Assembly: GCA_036172245.1 (NCBI GenBank)
Contig: JAYWIR010000024.1
Span: 372,001-436,000, forward strand
Length of the DNA: 64,000 nt
Direction of reading: 5' to 3'
Origin: Raillietiella orientalis
Taxonomy: Eukaryota
A program made the translations under genes and the position numbers. The notes beneath the pieces are model-generated. The model was given only the letters and a program-made list of their open reading frames with translations, was not told the DNA's origin and did no database searches. Positions 49,441 through 61,900 of the stretch are shown here, in pieces; positions within the stretch are counted from its first letter, which is position 1; the number at the start of each line of letters is the position of its first letter.

Positions 49441-51998
49441 TCAAAAAATGGCCCACCGTGTTTGACCTACACTGTGAAGTACTTCACTTGCGACGGCTCA
49501 CCCACGGTGCGAGAGGGTAGCGTAGCTTTCTCCCAGCAAGCAGCACCGATGATATCAATTCATCAGGGTGATGGAGCTGACGATTTCGAGAAAATCGCGA
49601 GGATGAGTCTATCAGTTCCTGACTTTTGCAAGAAGGGAGCTCAAAGGAAAACTTTCGCTGAAATCACCATAAAGGGTCGAAGTCAAAGATATGAAGCCAT
49701 GCCAAATGACCGATCAAATCTCTCTGAGCGAAGCATTCACCTTTGTCAACTTTTTCGGGATTGCATCAGTACTGGAAGATGCAGAAAACCATCAGATGTA
49801 AACCGTCTTTGAGCAATTAGTGTGGAGTTTGGCCCACTAAACAGGTAAAGGTGTGTACCCCAAAAAGGGTAACCCCATGTAACATGAATTGGAAAGGAAT
49901 TGTTTATGAGAGATTAGAAAAACAGAACTCGACATTATTTCAAGGGTATCATCTATCCATGATGCTGGTCTGTTCCTAGAGAAATGGCTGCAAACTGTCA
50001 TAAAGGTATAGTTTACAGATCGCCTGCTTGCTGGCATTCCTGTTTAATCAGCTTTCATCAATCATGTGAGAATATTCCAATTTGAATTTCTTCTCCTTGA
50101 AACAACAAATGATGTGCTGGGGTGCAGGAGGAACTCGAGGAAACCAGCAAACAAGCAGTGACTTTTCCCTCCTTGGACTTTGGGAGACATGCGTCATTTT
50201 TTCGATCTTGTGTGCATTCAGGATTACGTTCTGCTTTTTAACCACTCAAGATAAAAGGATGCTCATTGGGCTGTAATGAATGCTCTAAGGTAAGCAGTTT
50301 TAATGGACTCGCTCCTCGTGATCACGTATACTCGAAAGACATCGTTATGATGGACAACCTTGACGGTTATGATGTATATCGTTTCTAAGTTCTTCCCGTC
50401 TTATTCTCATTGAAGTGGGACGTAGGGATGTTCCATCAGTATCGCCGTCATTGGTCCAACCCCCAGAAAGGCAATGAATCCTTAGCTCTGATTTTTCACC
50501 CTGAAAACTGACGCAGCGTGGCACAGTCGTTATTCTTCGAGTCCGTTATTCCTTCGGAAATGTATCTGAGATGGGCTTGTGTGAGAGAAGCAGAAATAAT
50601 CAGATCCAAAGGACACGTGGCCTCAAAATGACCCGGTATTAGGACAGATCAGAGCAGAGGATGTATTGCTTCGGGCTACGACCAGATTCCGTTGTTACAA
50701 GGGTGAACTGGGATGCTCCGTCGGAGAGTGCCGCTTACTGAAGCAAATCTCGACTGCAGCCCTCCTTTTTTTTTTTAAACGTACGCACCACATGTATCGT
50801 AGTTCTCGGGATTCGACGGAAACGAACAAGTTGAACGCACGTTTACCTCCTTGGGCTGCCAGACAAGCACCACGGGTCAATTCTGCCTCCCCTTTACCGG
50901 TCTCGCGTTGATGAATTTGCTTCTGGTTCGTTCTTATGCCACTGCAAATTTACCAGGCAGCCGTCACTTGTGAGATTCGATTGGAGTTTTTATGTGCTCT
51001 TGCACTGTGGAAGCACAAGGGCGCCTCCGCAAGCGAACCTGCGGGAGCGTCGCAGACCTTTGACTCCCAAATGACTGTTGGAATAAAGACGTTTGCTTAC
51101 TCAGTTCTTGTAATGTCAGCAATTCCGATTGCCCTGCTGAAAGCACGCTATCATTATAATTACTGACGGCCTGTGTATCGCATCTCCTTTGCTATCAGTG
51201 CCAGCAAACCAACAAGAACTTACATAGCAATTATTCGGTTTGTTGCCGTTTACTTGTTCACAATAACCTTTTCCGTGTTTCACAAAACCGCTGCTTTTCT
51301 ATTACTTTCCGAGTTCATTGATTTGCATCTATTTGAATTAGCGACTATCAATCGCAGTTGTGTTTCCTTCCTCATCTTTCATTCTAACGGTTCTCGAGAG
51401 ATGAATCTTCATTACATCATGGAAAATCATATATTGACTCCTATACGTTTAATCATATCAGAGTTTCTCTTCCTGAGGCGTTATAAATGTAAGGTAGAAT
51501 GCCAGGTGTGCTGCAAATGCATTTAACGGTTGTTTGGGAATCGCATCGATTATTCCATGATGCTATTAGGATACGATGCATACGATACATAGGGCTGTCC
51601 CTCAAGTAGCCTCCACGAACAGCACCAGGGTGGAGATGGGAGACGAATTTCAGAAAGACACAGAACAACAGGAGCAGTCCAAGGAGTTCAAGTCACAAAT
51701 GACCTGCAGAGCGAGTGGACAAGGAAAGGAGCGGTGGGCAGTACCGGTTTTCACACGAGTTGTGCATAAAGTCAGGAACAAGGAGGGAATGAATTCCCAG
51801 CCTCGCTTGGAGCAGACGCTGCTTTGGACCTCAGGTGACCCAACCATGTACTCCTCGGAGCATCGAATCCAGCGAGAAAAGGAAAAAAAAAAAAAAAAAA
51901 AGGGCCTCGTCCATTTTACCTGGGCAGTTCGCCTCCATCAGCGTTCAATCCCGGAAAGCAGCGATTCCTGAGAAGCTCCCCCAAAACCCACACTCGCT

Positions 51999-52030
51999 TA
52001 TAAAGGAAGGCCTTTAGGCATTAAGCATTC
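51999..52030 (+). promoter_or_regulatory. Possible TATA + Inr-like core promoter upstream of thrombospondin
   Basis: TATAAAG at 51999 with GCATTC ~26 nt later. An acceptor-like ccgtccctAG just before the ATG exon suggests an upstream UTR exon. Confidence 0.2.
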
Positions 52031-52815
52031 TGCCATCTGTGAATTCTCCTCGTGGAGCCCGGAACCTCAGTCTCGATTTCTGCACCCACGAACGGATGCG
52101 AGTTATTGCCGGAGTTCGTGGAGAAGGGGGGTCAAGCGACCAATGCCAAACTGCTGCAAGGGGAATCGTGGATGAAATGTCGGCATGGGTGGCGGCAGCA
52201 GCGTTTGCACGCAGAAAACCAGAGTGAGCCTTTCCGCGGAGCCCCGCTCGTGGCTGGTGAACAGAGCGTGCCACGAACCTCTCGCGCGGGCTCTCCTCCC
52301 AGGAGACGGGGACCAAAGTGCCAGAGACGGATCCGTGGCAACTTCGGGTTCGAAGAGCGGAAAGGAAGCGCCAGATGCCTCCTCCCCCTCCCCCACCCTT
52401 CCAGTCTCCATCCCTTACCGAAACTGGTTTTCCGTTGAATGAGATTTCGAGTTTCCCTGACAAGCCTCGGGGCGTATCTGGTTACCGGGTTGGCACCTCC
52501 GTTCCCGACGACTTCCCTCTCCCGGATTTTTGGATCCAGGCGCAGGGTAGCTAGCACTGGTAACTCGAGTGTACAACCTCTGCATGCGGGGAATATTACT
52601 TTGTACAGACGGCTCCGCTCGCACGCTCAAAGTATGAATGACTTTCGATAGCCTCATTCCTTCAATCCGTAATGCCGGCGAATGGTAAGCATCAGAGGCG
52701 AAGTGAATGAACGATATGGGGCAGAAGGAATATATCTGCGTTACGCATCTCTTCCCAGTTCCCATGCTGGTCAATCGCTACAGTGGTGCGCCCCATTTTC
52801 CGTCCCTAGTGTAGG

Positions 52816-52903
52816 ATGAAGAGCTCGGATCTCCTCGTCGCTTGCCTGCTGGTGCTGCAAGTTCGGCTGACGTGTTTCGAGAAGAGTAGGAGGAAGGCAG
52901 AAG
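52816..52903 (+). CDS. Tsp: Tsp exon with start codon and signal peptide
   Basis: Hydrophobic LLVACLLVL; phase-1 donor GTAGGA matches the acceptor at 55632. Confidence 0.6.
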
Positions 52904-55900
52904 GTAGGACAAGTTGCATTCAATGCCGAAAGGCTCGCTTGTTGTTGCTGTTGTTGTTGTTGTTGTTTTTTTAAAAAAAAAAAAACTTTGGGATTCCGTC
53001 ATTTCCGCTCCTTTGGGATTCCGTCAGCGCACGATATGTCGGAAATTATCGTTCCCTTGGATGCGGTAGAGAGCTCATGTGAATAGTAGGCCGACACTCG
53101 AATCTGCCATCCACGAGGGAAGTGAATGCATTCGCTGCTTGGTTAGCGAGTCACGTTCTTGCAGTGGCAGGTTGGACTCCAAGGCAAGGCACCAAGGCAT
53201 TTGCTCGGTACCATTATCCAGTTCGAGCCATTCGTTTCGAAACCATTCACCGCACCATCCCTAGGGATGTGGCGTGAAAAGCAGCTGCTAAATAACAGCG
53301 CGGTCTCTTTTTCTCCGCCAGCGTGCGATACTCGATTCACATCGCAGGCGCTTCACGAGAGGATTTGCCTACGGAAGGCTTGAGCGTTGGCGAGACCACC
53401 CAGGTCATGTGACCGGATGGCAGCTAACAACGCTCTTCGACAGCATAGCAGCAGCAAGGTGAGGCGCTCTCGGATTCAATTCTGGACTTGCGGACAGCTC
53501 TTGATCACAAACAGAAGAGCGAAAGGAATCTGCCGGTGATTCTTCCCGTGGCAACCTTTCCGGGATGGAAAACGAAATTTCAGACATCCTGGACTTCGTG
53601 AGTTTTTTCTTTTTTGAAACACATACACAAAAAAACCATTCTGGTCTTCGTTGAAAGCCAATCTGGAATCAAGAGTTTACCTCTTGCGGTTGCCATGCGC
53701 ACCCTCGGTGCTCTCAGAAGTCACTGCAACCGATGAGGAAATAGAGATCAGGTTTCTGAAGAGAGTAGAAGTCGTTTATGAATTCATGAAGTCTTCTTGC
53801 CATCTAGCCAAGTTCGTCTCCGTCCGAAGATTCATCGAGAAGCACTGAGGTCCCTGGCTGGGATGGAGATGTGAACTTTCCTTGAACCTGAGAAATTCCC
53901 AAATCGAAAGAGAACGAAACCGACAAACCAGTGCGCATCTTCACTGTCAACAAGGAGCAAGCTATTCGGGTTCCGATGCAATTACGTCAGATTTGACGTG
54001 AACAGTGCCTCAGGCACTGTTCTGAGATGCTTTCGGCCTCCGGCACTTCTCGAACTTGCTTCCAAGACTGCAGCATCACTTTCAAGAAGTTCGAGTCACC
54101 GGGAACCACTTCGATCCTCCAAGAACAAATTGTTCCTTGGTTTGCTTGTGTTTTACGAAAGCATCGTTGCTTGGCTCTGCTCTTCTTTCCTTTATACCTC
54201 GATGAAAATGCAACAGCACCGGATGCAACAACAGCCAGTTAGAAACATCACCCGTGTTTGCCGATGTAGATCGTGACTTTGAGTTTGATATCGAATCCTT
54301 TTTTTATAAGGGAATCAAGTCTTCGGGATCAGGCTTCCCTCTCCTTCATTTGTCTCGAATACCAGAGGAACGTGCACCCTTTCCCCATCCTGCCTCCTTC
54401 GATAACCTCAGGCTCGATGTTCGACGTCGAGAATTCTTGCTCCTCGTTAACTTCTAGAAGACCTTTGGGATTCCCTTCCCGATTCCAAGAAACCGACAGC
54501 AAAGTTCCTCGGTATTCTTGAACTGCATGCAGAAGAATTTCGACTCGGTTAAAACCATTTTAGCGAGATCCACCATCACCTGCGGTGCAAAGGGCGAAAC
54601 CCTTTCACTGCAGTAAAGTGTGCTCCCACCGAGTTCGCTGAAGTCCACGAACCTCTGAGCAGCGTTCTTCTTCGAGACGATTCCTGATTGAGCCGATTGG
54701 GGTAAACAAATTCGTCGTTCATCATTTAGAATCCCCTCGTTTATTTTGAAAATATCATCCCATATGTAATTAATCGGAGTGATCGATAGGTCTGATGGAT
54801 GTGAATGACTTTCCTATACGTGTTAGGAGAAGGAAATGCGCTGATTCACCGGAAGGGGGCTATTTGTAATCGCGTGAACGTGACTCTGTGTATACGGTGA
54901 CTCTGTGGATGCCTAGAGGTCGAAATGGAAACCTAATGAAAGGCGACAGCGGTGCCCTCTCGAAACTGCCGCTTGCACTCCAGCGAAATTGTATCTTCAT
55001 CCGCCTTTTCTGACTCTCTCGCACCCAGAAAGTGGAAAAAAGGGAAAAAAACACTCTGGCAGATTCAAAAGAGACGCTTTCGGTGTTTTGGATTTTTGAA
55101 CACCGTTGGTGGCATTCTCAGGGATCACCCAGAGAGCACCGGACAGCTCTGGAAAACTTGCGGCGAATGCGGACGTGGTGCGTACCCTTCCAGAAGGGTT
55201 ACGGGCTGACACTGCATTTGGAGCTCCTGTGCTCTTCCCATGAGAAGGGCGTGCCTGGAACCCGAGTATCTCCCAAAACTTCGTGTTGCCATATTGTTCT
55301 GCCTTGCCTGTGAAGGGAGCCAGGTCCGATGATGATGGCGAACCGGAGGACGACGCTCCTACCAGTCAGCGAACTCTCATTCTTCGGCATCACTAAGCTG
55401 ATATTTTTTGACGTAGTACCTGTTCTTCTGTGCTGTCTGTTGCCGGGCATCCTCCTGAGAGAGAGAAAAAAGGAAAAAAAAAACAATAAAGAATTTTAGA
55501 GTAATTGAATGGGCTGCTTTCGCAGTTTCCTATGCAACTGAGGGTAGGAAAAAAAAAAAAAAAAATGCAGCCGACATATTTCACTTTGCTTCCCATCATT
55601 TACGCCTTGAGTCACGAAAGTTCCGTTCCAGATTCCTCCTATGAGGCCAGGAAGCTCGTCCTGAGCGACCAGTTCTTTGTTTCCGTCCTGCTGAAATCGA
55701 CGTACAAACTTTCCGTGGTTCCCAAGAGCATCCAGATCTTCCACTTGTCCCAGGGAAACCAACAATATCAGCTTTCCTACCACCATGACGACAGCAGTCA
55801 GAGAGGTATGATGTGATCGGTTCTGGAACAGGCTGATGAAATCAAAGAGTTAGAGAAAGGTAGGGGGGAGAGGACGGCTGTCAAGAAGAGCTGGTAGCTC

Positions 55901-58900
55901 CACTTCTTGGCACACCACCAGTTTGCTTGGGCTTCTCGTACAGAAGGCAGATAAATTGACACAGACAAGTCACGAGCAGTAATTGTTATCGCTCACTGCT
56001 TGGGTCACAAACGATGAGTCTGATCTCATCGGCGGTCCTCACAGGGTGCAGTGTAGTCAGATCACGAGGGGATCTTCTCAAAATGGACGGCTCTAAAGGC
56101 CGTTTCCTGCCGACTGAACAGAATGGGAGAAAAGAATCATCTCTTTGGCAAAATCGAGCACCGTGGACCATCTTCTTCCGCGAATCTTGATGGACATCCA
56201 GAAGGGTTCCTCGTGGGTCTTTCTGGAAAGTTGTTTTCGTTCTGCGACGCTGATTTCTTGAACACGAGAACTTGCTGTTGTGGACTGGCTGCACTCCTGA
56301 GATGACGTCGCTCGATTGAAAGTCATTCTTGAAAAAATGACTGGAAAATTGGAGGATACTGAGAAAGGTATCCTCGTTTCCTGAAATCCGGTAACCATCT
56401 CCTTGCCTTGGATGCAGCATGTCGCATTGCGTCAGTCGTACTGACACTGACTGTTCCGACACCTGGGAATTCTGTGTCAATCGAGGATTCAGCAAAGAAT
56501 CGATTGTCACTTGGCGGCTGTAGAATTGCTGATGCTGCATATCGTGATTGGGATACTACAATTTAAGGGATCCTTACAATATGGATGATACCTGTTCCTA
56601 TCCAGCAGGCTTACTCGTTGTCGCTTCTCGGCAACCAAATAACTGCTGTCTCCTCAATGCCAGCAGCAATAAAAAAAAAAAAATAACTTGCGCGACCGTT
56701 AAGTGATGTAGCTCGTCCGATTTAGTGATCTTGAAAGCGGAGGGTTTTCCCGCCGGTGCCAGGCTCCTGGAATTCAGTCTACATTACTCCGAAAATCCCA
56801 CGGAATCCATCATCTTTGAATGGAACCAGCACGCGAACGAGGGCAGGATCCTCATCTGGGCGAACTGCATCTACCAGGGAACCATGGCGATCCCCTTCTC
56901 CTTCTCTGGCCCTCGAAACGCAACCAGCATTGAAGATGCGACCATCGTGAGTATTCTTTCTGCCCGTTTCCGTTCGAGGCGCTGAGCGCGCGTGCCGTTG
57001 CAGGAGAAGAACGAGAAGTTGTTCGTGGGTTTCTTCTCCCGAGAGGAGTACGTGCAGGCGTTCGAAGCCGTGCGCTGCAGCCACCCGTCCTTCCAAGCGA
57101 CCATGCAGCTTCCGGACGATCTCATCTCTCACATCCGAGGTACACCGTACAGCGAATCTTCGATTCCGGGCAGGGTCTTGTCTCAGTCGCTCCATCTCGA
57201 GTTTCCCGTCACTACACAGAAACACCAAAGCAGTCTCGCTCATGCACGCGTGTAGGAGGTTGGTGCACTCGCCTCTCTGGCAAATAAGCCGAGCGCAGAT
57301 CTTACGCATCGGAGACGAAATGATCATCTCTCTTCTGAAGCCAACTGCGCGGGCCTTCAATCACCTTTGTTTTTCCGAAGCTCATCCCGGAAGGCGCAGC
57401 GGTGAAGAAAAGCTCAAAGGGAACCTCCAACTGAACTTCAGCCTGGAGCTCCTGTTCGTCTCCAGCCTTGAGATGGGCGAAAAAAAGGCGATCGAAGTTC
57501 TTGAATCGAGTGGTCCTGGCCGGAATGTGCACGAAAAGATGAAGCATATGGAACAGAACTGTGCTAATCCCGAAGATGACCTAGGCAGGGCTATGGGGAT
57601 CCATTCTTTCCGATGACGAATCATCGCGGAAATCATTGCTGACGTTTTACCCAAATAGAATCTCCTTGGAAGCTGCAAGGGCACTGCTCACCTTCTTGAA
57701 GCAAGTGAAAGATAGACAGGTGAAGATACGATAGAGACTTTGGAGTCACTTTCTGAAAATCGGCCTGAGCTCTCGCAAATGATTTTTGGAAACGCCTATT
57801 GTCAGAGTGTGCCACTGAGTCAGGATCAAACCGAATCTTCGCTGAAATAAAACAGCTTAAGAAGGACCTAGTGAGAGGACTGAAATGCCGTCTCCCTCAA
57901 GAGACGCTCCAGGAATGTCACGATTTTATCTCCTCAGGGAAAACTCTCACTCTCTTTTCGAGAGCTCCCCCGATCAGAACCATGGAGCCCAACACGGGAG
58001 CTTTTTAACTCCGTCCGCAGTGGGAACCACCGTCGTTGTACACGCCTGTGTCGGTATCGCCAGCGGGCATTTCTCTTTCACTCTTCCTTTAGCGGGACCG
58101 CTGAGGCTATGCTCATGCTTGACAAATGATCTCTCGTAGCTGCAGGTGCACGCGTCTTCCAGCCATTCTGGACCCACTCACACGCTCTTAGGCATTGTGA
58201 GATCCTACCCTCCCGAATCTGCGCTTATCGAATCGTTCTTGAAATTTGACGGAACGAGGAAGAGGAACAAGAAATGAGGCTCAGTACGTATCGCGGCCCC
58301 TGGATAGTTTAGCCACCGAGGCGTGCACTTTCCAAACCGGTTATCCGCGCATGGCAGTTGCACAGAAATGCACGTGGTTCCGTAGAAGCTCGCAGCCTTA
58401 CTGTTTCTGGAGATGGTAGCAGCGAGGTTGTCGGGGACTCTCCTTGCATTCTCTTCCTCGTTGCTGAAGGAAGCGAGAAGAGCATGGGGTCATTGGGAAG
58501 TCAATAGATTGATCCTCCCTCCTTCAGATGTACATTTTCGGGTGTGATTTCGCCTGTACATGCGTGTTCAGCACGGTCTAAGCAGAGTGGAGAACGATAG
58601 CCTGACTTTGGTGTGCGTGTGCGGCTGCGTTTTGAGATGCATAACCTCGGGAGAAGGAACTATTCTTGCTGATTCCGATCTCGGTTGAGGAGGAACCGGA
58701 AGTGGTTTTTGCTGTTCCACCTGCTCGCCAGAGTGCGCAAAGTCCGATGCACACGCAACCGTGCGAGGCCCGCAGCACAGCAGAAGAGGAGGCGAACTGC
58801 ACACAGAGGAGTTCGCCTTCTGACCACCCTCTCCCCGGCTGCGCCATTTGTTTCTATCCGCGGAGCTTCGAAGCACCGATCGCGACGGAGGATGCGCACC

Positions 58901-61900
58901 TTCTCTTACCGGACCTCTGCGTTCGAAAAAAGCGAATCCGCTCTTCAGGATTGGGCAAAAAGAAACGTCCTCCGAAACCGGCGTTCTGTTCTGCTGCTGC
59001 TGCCACTGTGTGCACTCGGACTTTCGAGAGAGCGTGTTCTTCGAATAGTGATACTGTGAAAAAGAACATCCACGATCCGTGGATGTAATTCAGCATCATT
59101 GTAACTGATGGTTTTATCTTTCAGGGGACATTCCCAGCATCCATGAAGGAGATTTGGGTACGTGTATCTAATTACCTAAATCATAACACTGTTCTTCGGT
59201 ATGGGTGGCGGTGTCCACGCGACAGAATGAGGGGAATTTTTAAAAGCGACCGCACCCGGTCCCAGAATGCTTGCGAGACGCTCGCGTTTCTCCACGTGGC
59301 GTTGTGTGGCACGCCACCAGCGTGGACGGCGGAACACGTTTGCTCGTTTTGGTCAGCCGATCGGGTCGGCGTAAGATGCAAAAGCGGACCTTTGGCGTTT
59401 CCTTGGAAGAGATCCGCAGAGCAGATCCGCTCTCCCCCTCGTTTGCGCATCAGTTTCCGTGCCAACTTCCCTCGAGTATTCTCCGTGAGTTTTTGTTTTT
59501 GTTTTTTTTCAAAACTGGGCAGTGGAGAGCGGATTTTTTGACTTTCTACGGAAGCAGAGACCGCTGAGATCGTCGTTGACCCGCTGTCTGCTCGGAAATG
59601 GCGACCCTAGTTCTCCTCGTGCCTGGAAACCCCCATGAGGGCATCAGAAAGCACCAGCGGAACAGACCTGGAGATTATTGCTCCAGGTGACTGCTTTCTC
59701 TCCCAAATAAAGTCATATCCGGGAATCCGTTCCTTTCTTGGAGACGCTTCCTTCTGCATGCTCTCTCCGGGACAAGAATTCAGGGGGGGGAAACGGGAAG
59801 ACCGCTTGTGCCACGGCAGAGGAAGCGTGCAACCCCCCCCCCCCTCCTCCCAGTGAAGAACGTGAAGAAATTAGCAACTTCTCCGATGGGCGTGAGAACA
59901 GCAGAGATGGGAAGACGAGCTCTTGAGATCAGAGAGAGTCGGCGGAGTACGCTGAAACGGGAGAATGGGGAGACTTCTCGGCATCGTGACAGGTTCTGGG
60001 GCGTTCCCATGAGGCGCCAAATGCTTTGACATTGGGGATTCTTCGATCGCTCAAGCTCCGAGTCACATAGCAGCGTGGGAGAAAATTTGCATCTCCATGG
60101 ACATACATGGAAATAGATCAAGATGTGGGTAGATGTCGGTTAGATCGATCCCGACGAGATAGATAAAGACGGACAGATGCACCTGCATCTCGATGCAGGT
60201 ACTGGTCAACAGAGATTTAGTGGTATAGACAAAGCAGGATATAAAGATGGATGAGTACAGACAGATAGAGACACAGAGAGTAGTGGATGGGTGGATGGAG
60301 ATGCAAAGGCGAAGATGGATAGGTGGACAGATGGAAATATTCGTGTCTTGCAGCTTTCCACGCACATCTTTTTGGTCAGTTGGCCACAGACTTATAGGCT
60401 TAGCTGGTTGCTTTAGGAGCCTGCAGCCCGGAAGCCGTCGTCAGAACGACATGCAGCACCGCCGCGCTGCGGGAGCTTTGGGGTCTGAAGATGCTTTCGG
60501 ACGATCAATGGCGATAGGAATCGGCGGTGACAGAGTCCATACCTCTGATGCCGATAAGGTGGCATTCTTCAAGCACTCTGGAGCGAACGCTCTCGTTTCC
60601 TGGATGGACGGCTGATCCTACCCAGGGCGCGCAGCGCGGAGAAACGCGGGACGTGCTGGCGTGCAGAAGGACTCTCGTGGAAGTCGCCGCAGAGCCAAAG
60701 ATTGGACCAGAGAACGGATCTTCCCTGCGCCGAAAGAGGAAGGAGGGGAGAATTCCGGCCGCAAAGAGGTAGCGGCAGCGCGCTGCAGATGCGTAGAGAC
60801 AATACCACCCTCTGCGAGGAGCGATCCCCCGCAGGGACGGGACTGCCCCTTGCCGCAGCCTCGACTCGGAAAGAGTCCGCCGACTGGTTGCTTCGCCTCC
60901 GTGCTTCCTTCTGGAAGCCGGGGGTGACTCGACGTCCCGCTCTCCGTCACCCCTTACTCCAGCCGGTCCACCTTCACGATCGTAGGTGCCATCGCGGCGA
61001 TCTCGACCAATGTGCCTCTAGCACCTTGTGGGGGCGGCGAGCGCCGCGAAACTCCTTCCTCCCCTATTCCCAGCCCGCGTCGGCTTCCCCACCCTACGTC
61101 TGGCGGGTCGCACATCCGCTTCTCCGGCTTCGAGATTCGTCGTTTCCATGGGAGCCTTTCCGCCAGGGGATGCAGTCGGGTGCCTCCCTCTCTCCTGCTC
61201 TTCCAGGACCCTCCCTGGGAAGGAAAGCTTCGGAGGAGAAGGGGATGGGCGAACTCGCGTATTTGCACGAAACGGCAGAGGGTGACGACCGACGATGACG
61301 ACAATGACGACGATGGTGACGGTGATGGGGACTTTAGGATGAGATGCGGTGACGGTGACCACGACGATGGGGATGGTGCGGTGGCGATGGCGGCGGCGAG
61401 ACGAAGATGATGATGCGACGGTGAATGACGATGAGGGGTGGTGACCATGACGATGACAGTCACGACGACGATGTTGACGATGCGGCGGCTGCGATGACGC
61501 GGCCGCACAATGGGACTTTGCCGCCCCTTTGACCTTTGTCGTGCCAGCGGCGCGCCGTGCTGATCTCTGCTGCCCTCTTGCAGACGCGGCTTTGCTGAAA
61601 GCCATAGCGGAGCTCATCTCTGCCATCAGGCAGCTGACGTCGGAGACCTCTTACAACGTAAGCAAAAGGGGATCTGGGAAGGGGGACGGGAAGGGAAGAG
61701 CGCCCGGACCTCGGCCTGCCGAGGTCCGGGAGCTCCTCCTCCTCTTCTGCTTCTCATTCGCCCTCTCCTCCAAGCGTGGGGAAATCATTTCTCTGAGACG
61801 GACTCTGGAGAGCTGCGAAGCGTGCAGAGGTGAGGCGCGCGCGTCTGGCGGGACGCTCGCCCCGCCCACCGAGAGGCATCCTTACCTTCCGATTGCAGAA

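Noticed and set aside
55381..55427. Weak second U2-like string (cggc...ctaag...gtagtacctgttctt)
   Set aside because: Only a 14/15 core with wrong spacing; compatible with chance and would need cmsearch
55566..55631. Alternative in-frame Tsp start [16 protein letters not shown]
   Set aside because: The ATG follows a poly-A run, and a good acceptor at 55631 matches the phase of the stronger signal-peptide exon at 52816; not fully excluded
60954..61626. His/Asp/Val-rich ORFs
   Set aside because: Artefacts of the intronic GAY trinucleotide tract
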